This document shows positions 57,254 through 64,000 of a stretch of DNA of 64,000 nucleotides, in pieces. The translations under genes were made by a program, and so were the position numbers. Source of the DNA: Patescibacteria group bacterium (GTDB taxonomy: Bacteria; Patescibacteriota; WWE3; UBA101185; UBA10185); NCBI GenBank assembly GCA_018825365.1, contig JAHJEV010000003.1, positions 238,619-302,618 on the forward strand. The letters run 5' to 3'. The notes beneath the pieces were generated by a model that was not told the DNA's origin, did not search any database, and saw only the letters and a list, made by a program, of their open reading frames with translations. Positions within the stretch are counted from its first letter, which is position 1; each line of letters opens with the position of its first letter.

Positions 57254-58869
57254 TGCTGTTTTTCCTTGTTAAACTTCAAAATATCGGTGAAGAAAATTTT
57301 CCCGTTTATAGTATACCTAAACTCTTTAACAAGCGTCAGATAAGGTCTTTTCTCAATTCCAAAATACATATCGGTATTATTTTCGTTAGTTAGTAAAATA
57401 TAATCCGGGTTTTTTCCTGAAATCCTTTTATAACTGATATCATGAAGGATCAAAACATCGTGCCGATCCCCATACACATTTTTATTTATTCCCGACCTGT
57501 TAAGATACCAGTCGGCAATTCCATATGTGTCGTTGTAAATAACATACCCGCTAAGATTTTTAGCAGCATACACGGCCGCTTCCTTCATGGAAATGTAAAT
57601 AAATCTATGGACCCAAATTGTGGCTAAACCCCAGACAAGTAGAGATATAAAAGAAAACATAAGAAACATTTTTTCTTTTCTTAAGATGAGAAAAATCAGA
57701 ATAATAATCTGCAAAATAAAAACAAATAGAAAAGCCCACTGGTTAGAAACAAGAAACTGAAGTTTAAAAATGTACTGAGTCAAGCCGAAGTTGCCAATTA
57801 GAAAAGCAAGAGCAATATAATCCAAAGCTCTCAAATGAGGGCCATTTGACTGAAACTCTTCATAAGAAAGGACAAGAAGAATCACGAAAAACGGTATTAT
57901 TGCACTGAAAAGTCGGGGCACGGCTGCCGGCCACCAAAGTATGAGAATTATTTCCAATAAGATATAAACTGATATTCCGACATTTTCCATCAAAAATCTA
58001 ACAGCAGAGCCTGTTTTTTTATATGAAAAAATGTTCTTAAAAATAAAATAAAAAAACGGTAAAAATCCAAGTATATAAAAAAGTGACGAGAAATAAACCC
58101 AAATAAGTCTCCAATCAAACGTTCTATACTCCTGTTCGCCGAAATATTTAGAATCTAAAGGACTTCTAAAGAACCAATACGGAAGTAACACAAGCAAGGT
58201 CGTTAATCCTAGAGGGAGTAAAAATTTAAGCTCGTGCCAAAGACCGAAAAAGAAAGTTCTTGGTTTAAATGCACTAAGCTTCAACCCGGAATTGAGAAAA
58301 ACTACCCCGATAAACAACGCAAAAAATAAAATGTATCCCTCAAACCTTGTTAAAATAGACAACCCGGCTAAAGCCCCAAGCAAAATACTTTTTTTGATAT
58401 CCAATTTTTCTTTCCATCTTGAAAGAAGATAAAAAATCACAATTCCAAAGAAAGAAAACGGAATATCGGACATGATTCTTATCGACCAATACAGATAAAC
58501 CGGATTTAGCGTAAAAAGGATTAGTGCAAATTTTTGATATTTCTTACTTTTTATGTGTTGACAAACTAATTTATCGAAAACGATAAACGACGCAAAACTG
58601 AAAACAAAGACCACTCCCCTACCCCACGAAATTGCATTCACTCCATGTGGTCTTGTAGCTAAAACCACTGAAAAAAATGGGGGTCTTTTCTCTTTCTGAG
58701 GATAAATACCTGTTTTTATGCTCTCCGCCGACCTTAGAATGCTGTATGAATCCCCCCATTCGGTCGCGTTGATGTTAAACAAAAACAGGTGCAGTACTAT
58801 AAAAAACGCGTATATGAGCAGTTTGCTTTTAAATATTTCAGAGAAGATAATTCTTTTTTGCGAATTCAT
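57250..58869 (-). CDS. GT-C family membrane glycosyltransferase (PMT_2/ArnT-like)
   Basis: It is polytopic, and ...YPQKEKRPPFF... resembles the 'EKPPL' loop motif. Confidence 0.6.
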   Translation of the reverse strand: MNSQKRIIFSEIFKSKLLIYAFFIVLHLFLFNINATEWGDSYSILRSAESIKTGIYPQKEKRPPFFSVVLATRPHGVNAISWGRGVVFVFSFASFIVFDKLVCQHIKSKKYQKFALILFTLNPVYLYWSIRIMSDIPFSFFGIVIFYLLSRWKEKLDIKKSILLGALAGLSILTRFEGYILFFALFIGVVFLNSGLKLSAFKPRTFFFGLWHELKFLLPLGLTTLLVLLPYWFFRSPLDSKYFGEQEYRTFDWRLIWVYFSSLFYILGFLPFFYFIFKNIFSYKKTGSAVRFLMENVGISVYILLEIILILWWPAAVPRLFSAIIPFFVILLVLSYEEFQSNGPHLRALDYIALAFLIGNFGLTQYIFKLQFLVSNQWAFLFVFILQIIILIFLILRKEKMFLMFSFISLLVWGLATIWVHRFIYISMKEAAVYAAKNLSGYVIYNDTYGIADWYLNRSGINKNVYGDRHDVLILHDISYKRISGKNPDYILLTNENNTDMYFGIEKRPYLTLVKEFRYTINGKIFFTDILKFNKEKQQ

Positions 58870-60037
58870 AGACTTGCTCTAACTCCCTTGCCCTTGCGTC
58901 CCAAGAATAAATTGCAGACACCCGGCTACTGTCAACAGATATGGGATTATCTAGAATATTAGTAATATAGCTGGCTATATATTCGGGTTTTAAACTTTCC
59001 AAATAGTACAAACCCCGTATCTCCTGGGATAGTTTAAAGCCTGATACCAAACAGGGCGTTCCACAAGCAATACCCTGCATGACAACTTTTGGGAGTCCTT
59101 CCCAAGACGACGGCAAAACAAAAATATCGGAAATCTGATACCCAACCGGTGTTTGGGGATATGGTGTGTAACCGGTTTGCATTATTCTGTCGGAAAGTCC
59201 ACTTACTTTTATTTCTTCATTTATTTTCCCCATATATCCCAAGTCCCCAGATCCAACCAAAAGTAATTTATAATTTCTAGGAAGAAACTTCATGGCCTCA
59301 ATTAAAAGTAATATATTTTTCCTTTCAGACATCACGCCATGATTCAGAACTATCTTGTCGTAAATATCAAATCCTATGTCTCTTCTTGATTTTTCTTTTT
59401 CTTCTTGGGTCACGGGCTTAAACAAGTTGGGGTTTACTCCGGTTTCGACCACAAAGCATCTTTGTGTGTTAGCCTTGTAAAGCTCTATCGCTTTTTTCTT
59501 GTTTTCCATACTAACAAATACACAAGCCGCAGCAGACTTAACTGCTTTTTTATCTGAAAAAACTGAGAGCGGCCAAACCAGATATTTTGACAAAATCGAT
59601 ATTTGTTTTTTCTGCCTAACCATTGAATTCCATCTATCTTCAGCTATGTTGTGAAAATGAACAACCAAAGGAGTTTTAAGCTCTTTTGACCAAGGGAAAA
59701 ACTTTTGCAAGAAAGACCGATACATGTAAATCCAAACGGCAAAGTGACCATGCGAGTGAATTATATCTACATCTTTGTTTTTCTTTCTCCAGCAAAGATA
59801 CTTAAAAAACAAGACTACTGAGCTCGTAAAAAATATTGTTCCGGGAAAAGGCTCTCTCATAATCGGGAGTATCTTGACTCCTTTTGGTGTCTCAACACTA
59901 CCAGCCCTTGGCCACCTACCACAAAATATTTCGATAGTGTGCCCCTTTTTGGCCTGAGACACGGTAAGCTCATAAGGGTGGGGAGCCAAACCTTGCCAAG
60001 GCGGCGGCCAATCATAAATTATTCGAAGAATTTTCAT
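58838..60037 (-). CDS. Glycosyltransferase family 4
   Basis: It has GT-B architecture with a ...PSSWEGLPKVVMQGIACGTPCLVSG... motif. Confidence 0.65.
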   Translation of the reverse strand: MKILRIIYDWPPPWQGLAPHPYELTVSQAKKGHTIEIFCGRWPRAGSVETPKGVKILPIMREPFPGTIFFTSSVVLFFKYLCWRKKNKDVDIIHSHGHFAVWIYMYRSFLQKFFPWSKELKTPLVVHFHNIAEDRWNSMVRQKKQISILSKYLVWPLSVFSDKKAVKSAAACVFVSMENKKKAIELYKANTQRCFVVETGVNPNLFKPVTQEEKEKSRRDIGFDIYDKIVLNHGVMSERKNILLLIEAMKFLPRNYKLLLVGSGDLGYMGKINEEIKVSGLSDRIMQTGYTPYPQTPVGYQISDIFVLPSSWEGLPKVVMQGIACGTPCLVSGFKLSQEIRGLYYLESLKPEYIASYITNILDNPISVDSSRVSAIYSWDARARELEQVYEFAKKNYLL

Positions 60038-61212
60038 TTCAATACCTCCATAAAAATCTTTTCATAAGTATCTATCATTTTACCAATTGTAAACTCGGAA
60101 AGAGCTTTTTCTCTTCCAGCCAAACCCAATTTATTTCTTAACTCCAAATTACCGATTAAACTTTCAAGTTTGAGTTTAAATTCTTTGTTATTTCCAGCCT
60201 TAATTAAATATCCGGTTTTTTCATTTTCAATCGCATCCGTAACCCCGCCAAGATTAAATGCCACAACAGGAAGACCAAGCAACATGCTTTCAACCAAAAC
60301 CATCGGAAAACCTTCAATTCTTTGAGTTGGGAAAACAAAAATATCTGGTTTTAGGTTCTTAACAAATTCTTTATAAGGAACCTTCCCGTGAAATACAACT
60401 TTATCCGACACTCTCATCTTTTTAGAAATTCTTTTTGCATCCTCAAGATCTGGTCCTTCCCCAACAACATGCAAGACATAATCATTTTTTATATCAGAAA
60501 TTATTTTCAAAATAGTAAGTATGCCCTTTGACTTCTCTACCCTGCCTAAAAACAAAAGCTTAACCCCATCATCAGTTGACTCCTCCAGCAAATCAAAGTC
60601 CTTTGGGTCAACTCCGTTGGACACTACTTCTATTTTTCTGTCATCCGCAAAACACTCATTAATCAGTGCGGTCTTAACATAATTTGAAACGGCAATAACT
60701 TTATCCGAATGCAACACATACCTTCTTTGCCTTCCGAAGAATTGTCTTAGAAAATACTGGGTATTTCTGGCGAACCAATAAAAATCTTTGAGATTTTTAA
60801 TATTTTTTAGAAATGTAATGTATTCAGAAGCAGCAGATCCGTGGGCAACAGAAACAACCTTAACTCCCAGCTTTTTCTTATTTTCTATTATGCTTTCTGC
60901 TGAGGCGCTTTGACTCAAAACTAAATCAAACGAATCTGCTTTATGAATTTCCTGAAATTTTTCTAAAGATTTTTTAAACCAGCTGTTTTTGTTAAGTCTC
61001 GCAAACAGATACTTTTTGTATTCCGATGTTATAAAAACATATCTAACTAAGTTTTCACTTTTCTCATCGATATCAAGTTCTTTTTTCGTGGAAAATACTG
61101 TAATGCGGTGTCCTCTTTTTGCTAATTCCTCACATAAAGATCTGCTCTGGGTTTCCAAACCCCCAGATCCCTTATGAAAGGTGGTTAATTTTATAAATAC
61201 TGCAATATTCAT
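60034..61212 (-). CDS. Glycosyltransferase family 4
   Basis: It has the IEGFPMVLVESMLLGLPVVAFNLGGV motif. Confidence 0.8.
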   Translation of the reverse strand: MNIAVFIKLTTFHKGSGGLETQSRSLCEELAKRGHRITVFSTKKELDIDEKSENLVRYVFITSEYKKYLFARLNKNSWFKKSLEKFQEIHKADSFDLVLSQSASAESIIENKKKLGVKVVSVAHGSAASEYITFLKNIKNLKDFYWFARNTQYFLRQFFGRQRRYVLHSDKVIAVSNYVKTALINECFADDRKIEVVSNGVDPKDFDLLEESTDDGVKLLFLGRVEKSKGILTILKIISDIKNDYVLHVVGEGPDLEDAKRISKKMRVSDKVVFHGKVPYKEFVKNLKPDIFVFPTQRIEGFPMVLVESMLLGLPVVAFNLGGVTDAIENEKTGYLIKAGNNKEFKLKLESLIGNLELRNKLGLAGREKALSEFTIGKMIDTYEKIFMEVLK

Positions 61213-62408
61213 TGATTAATTAGTTCCTCCAGTTTTACAATATTTGCGCTAGAATCAAAACCGCTAATTACCCTGGCATATGCGTTTTTACAAAGATTGG
61301 ATGCGAAGCTTTTGTCAGTTAAAAGCATCTCGACCGCATTGGCGATAGCATTTGGATGCCGTTGTGGAACCACTAACCCTGTTTCTCCATCAGAAATAAG
61401 CTCACAAGTACTCCCAGCATCTGTTGCAACAATTGGAAGACTTAAAGCTCCAGCTTCCAACAAAACATTTGCGATCCCGTCAACATCCCCTTCTGCTGTC
61501 TGAATACTTGAAAGAACAAAAACATCGGAAACTTTCATGAGTCCCAAGGTCTCGCTGTTTGATAAACCTTTGTTTTCTCCGAGAATTTTAACTTGCTCTT
61601 CCAAATCCAAATCCGAAATCTGCCTCTTAAGATCCTGATACAAGGGCCCGAAACCAACGATATAGCAAACAAAATCTAAACCTCTGTCTTTTAATATTTT
61701 TGCGGTGTCAATAAGGTAACTAAACCCTTTTTTCTCGGTAAGTCTTCCCACAGAAAGTATTAGATACTTATCCGGCCTTTTGATACCGCCCAAAGCCTCC
61801 CTCATCACCCTTCCCGAATCAACCCCGTGATAATTTAAATAAACATTCCCGGGATTATTGCCGCCAAGAAGATTTAAAAGAAAATAGTAGGCGCTTTTGT
61901 TGCAAACTGTAATAAATTTTGCCTCACTTGCCTTTTTTTCAACATATTCATAAGTTACAGTTACATCTTTTGCATGCGCAGAGATCGCAAAAGGAACCCC
62001 CAATATTTCGGAGGATACCATCGCTATCGTTGAGGGCTCTGACAAAAAGTGTGAAAGGATTAGATCTGGCTTTTGGGTTGCAAATTTCAAAGAGTAACCG
62101 ACAGATTTTAGTATTAAAAACAACCTACTATGAGAACCGGGTTTCAAATCCCCATAAATCTTTGAAATCTTATCGAAATGAGAAAAAGTGTATTTTAGTA
62201 TTCCAAATATATCGGGAAATCCCAATCTTTGATATAAAACCTTCGTTCTTAAGTTTTCGGATAAGTGTCCAGTGCCCTTTTTTAGCGAAAACACAACAAG
62301 GTCAACATTGTTTCTTTCAACCAATTTGGAAAGTTCTCTTTCAATAAAAGTTTCGGTCAAAACCGGAAATTCCGGAATAAAAACCAAAACTTTTTTATTA
62401 GTTTCCAT
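61209..62408 (-). CDS. Glycosyltransferase family 4
   Basis: It has the ...AEGDVDGIANVLLEAGALSLPIVATDAGS... motif. Confidence 0.8.
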   Translation of the reverse strand: METNKKVLVFIPEFPVLTETFIERELSKLVERNNVDLVVFSLKKGTGHLSENLRTKVLYQRLGFPDIFGILKYTFSHFDKISKIYGDLKPGSHSRLFLILKSVGYSLKFATQKPDLILSHFLSEPSTIAMVSSEILGVPFAISAHAKDVTVTYEYVEKKASEAKFITVCNKSAYYFLLNLLGGNNPGNVYLNYHGVDSGRVMREALGGIKRPDKYLILSVGRLTEKKGFSYLIDTAKILKDRGLDFVCYIVGFGPLYQDLKRQISDLDLEEQVKILGENKGLSNSETLGLMKVSDVFVLSSIQTAEGDVDGIANVLLEAGALSLPIVATDAGSTCELISDGETGLVVPQRHPNAIANAVEMLLTDKSFASNLCKNAYARVISGFDSSANIVKLEELINQ

Positions 62409-63768
62409 TCCTTAATATTACACCAGGAGTCCCCGCGGGTCTTCTATCCAAAAGCTCCGTGCCGCTTGTTTTCTTCCCTATTGTGAAGTATGTAAACCCG
62501 GCGCTTTCTACCTTTTTTCTATCTAATAATATTCTCCCATCAAATATCACCTGGTTTTTGAGAGACATTCTCACTTTATCAAGATCCAAAGTTGAAAACT
62601 CCTGCCACTCGGTCAAGATTATTAAAGCATCAGTCCCTTCGATTGCCTCATACTTATCTAAACAGTACTTAATACTCACCTCTCCCAAAACCTTTTTAGC
62701 GTTATACATAGCTTGCGGATCAAATACTTTCTGGTAGGCTCCTAAACCTCTTAACATTTTCACTATTTCTACCCCAACTGAATCTCTAATATCATCGGTG
62801 TTGTTTTTGAAAGCAAGCCCCAAAACTCCGAAAGTTTTCCCGGATAAAGCTCCGTCAAAATATCTAACTATCTTGTTAACAAAGTGTTCTTTTTGACTTT
62901 CGTTAACCTCCATAACACCTCTTAAGAGCTTAAAGTCATAGGCTTGATCAGATGAAGTCTTGTACAAAGCGGCGACATCTTTAGGAAAGCAGCTTCCGCC
63001 GTAGCCTATACCGGCGTTTAGGAATTTCGGACCAATTCTGCTATCAAGTCCCATTCCTTTGGCTACAACAGTAATATCGGCTCCAGATTTTTCACAAATC
63101 TGAGCCATTTCGTTAATAAAAGATATTTTTGAAGCGAGAAATGCGTTTGAAGCGTACTTGATCATCTCAGAGGACCTAAAATCGCATTCAACAATAGGCT
63201 TGCCTAAGTGTTCATAAAGCCTTCTCATTATTCCCAAGGCTTTTTCTGAGTCTGAACCAACAACAGTCCTATCTGGATTTTGCATATCCTCAACCGAGTA
63301 ACCCTCTCTTAAAAATTCGGGGTTAGAAACTACATCAAACTCTGCTGACATTTTCATATTCTCTCTAATTACATTTTTGATCTTCTCGTTTGTTCCTACA
63401 GGGACCGTGCTTTTAAGTACGATTACTTTGTATCCGAAGAGGTTTTCACCAATTTGTTTAGCAACCTCCCAAACTGCTGAAAGATCCGCATCTCCTGTCT
63501 CACTTTGGGGAGTACCTACACAAATAAAAACTGCCTCGGCTTCTTTCATTCCATCAACCAGAGATGTGGTGAAAGACAATCTGTTTGCGGAAATATTTTT
63601 CACTACAAGATCTGAAAGCCCCGGTTCATAAATTGGCATTTCGCCTTTTTTTATTCGCTCAATTTTCTCAGCGTCTATATCAACGCCAACAACTTGATTG
63701 CCCCAATCAGAAAAAATGGCAGCGCCTACCAAACCGACGTAGCCTGTACCTACCACACATAGTTTCAT
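62398..63768 (-). CDS. ugd: UDP-glucose 6-dehydrogenase (nucleotide-sugar dehydrogenase family)
   Basis: It has the N-terminus MKLCVVGTGYVGLV, the catalytic GGSCFPKD and a three-domain UDPG_MGDP_dh layout. Confidence 0.9.
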   Translation of the reverse strand: MKLCVVGTGYVGLVGAAIFSDWGNQVVGVDIDAEKIERIKKGEMPIYEPGLSDLVVKNISANRLSFTTSLVDGMKEAEAVFICVGTPQSETGDADLSAVWEVAKQIGENLFGYKVIVLKSTVPVGTNEKIKNVIRENMKMSAEFDVVSNPEFLREGYSVEDMQNPDRTVVGSDSEKALGIMRRLYEHLGKPIVECDFRSSEMIKYASNAFLASKISFINEMAQICEKSGADITVVAKGMGLDSRIGPKFLNAGIGYGGSCFPKDVAALYKTSSDQAYDFKLLRGVMEVNESQKEHFVNKIVRYFDGALSGKTFGVLGLAFKNNTDDIRDSVGVEIVKMLRGLGAYQKVFDPQAMYNAKKVLGEVSIKYCLDKYEAIEGTDALIILTEWQEFSTLDLDKVRMSLKNQVIFDGRILLDRKKVESAGFTYFTIGKKTSGTELLDRRPAGTPGVILRNGN

Positions 63769-63793
63769 AATTTAAACATAATGCCCCAAATTT

Positions 63794-64000
63794 TTACTTA
63801 GAATTCTTATCGGAGCGTTTGGCAGTCTTATACTTCCCCCTTAAATCGTTAAGTCTGACCTTAAAAACATCCCATGCCATTTTGATTGAGGATGTTATCA
63901 CGTTAAACTTCTTGGTCTTAACATATGTCCATGTCACAGGAACCTGTTTGATAGTATACCCCATTTTTCTGGCTAAAAACAAAACCTCAACATCCCAAGC
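63794..64000 (-). CDS. C-terminal fragment of a GT2 (DPM1-like) glycosyltransferase; gene continues beyond the window
   Basis: The tail ...KMGYTIKQVPVTWTY... is typical of the C-terminus of DPM1-like GT2s. The ORF is open to the window edge. Confidence 0.45.
   Translation of the reverse strand, partial: AWDVEVLFLARKMGYTIKQVPVTWTYVKTKKFNVITSSIKMAWDVFKVRLNDLRGKYKTAKRSDKNSK

Noticed and set aside
1-64000. CRISPR arrays, IS elements, integrases, rRNA genes
   Set aside because: No evenly spaced direct repeats, transposase or integrase-like ORFs, or rRNA-like conserved segments were seen on reading the window.

Overview
The window reads as one large, low-GC (about one-third G+C by eye) bacterial glycoconjugate-biosynthesis supercluster of roughly 57 kb. 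It sits next to a short housekeeping block (mraZ-rsmH-ftsL, glyQS, recO). Most genes are on the minus strand in long co-directional arrays, often with 1-4 nt overlaps.

The glycan region contains:
- a monotopic phosphoglycosyl (priming) transferase
- about 14 GT4/GT1-type glycosyltransferases
- at least 7 polytopic GT-C-type (ArnT/PMT-like) membrane glycosyltransferases
- three soluble DPM1-like GT2 enzymes, one GtrB/ArnC-like GT2, and a partial GT2 at the window edge
- three Wzx-like flippases and one UPF0104 'flippase-like' protein
- a CDP-6-deoxyhexose pathway (rfbF, rfbG, an RmlC-like epimerase and an SDR reductase)
- a PseB/CapD-like dehydratase, three SAM methyltransferases and UDP-glucose 6-dehydrogenase

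The most unusual gene products are:
- a fusion of GDP-mannose 4,6-dehydratase with a TylC3-type sugar C-methyltransferase, next to a cobalamin-type radical SAM protein with a CX4CX2C motif
- a 949-aa fusion of an O-antigen-ligase/Wzy-like domain with a PMT/ArnT-like GT-C domain
- a 1198-aa AftD-like giant membrane protein
- an AbiEii/AbiEi-like toxin-antitoxin pair in reversed order, on the opposite strand, followed by an ~0.9 kb non-coding stretch with nested operator-like palindromes and an orphan small ORF

No rRNA, tRNA, CRISPR array, transposase or integrase was recognised. Any assignment to a lineage such as CPR/Patescibacteria is inference only. All family assignments come from reading motifs in the supplied translations, not from database searches.
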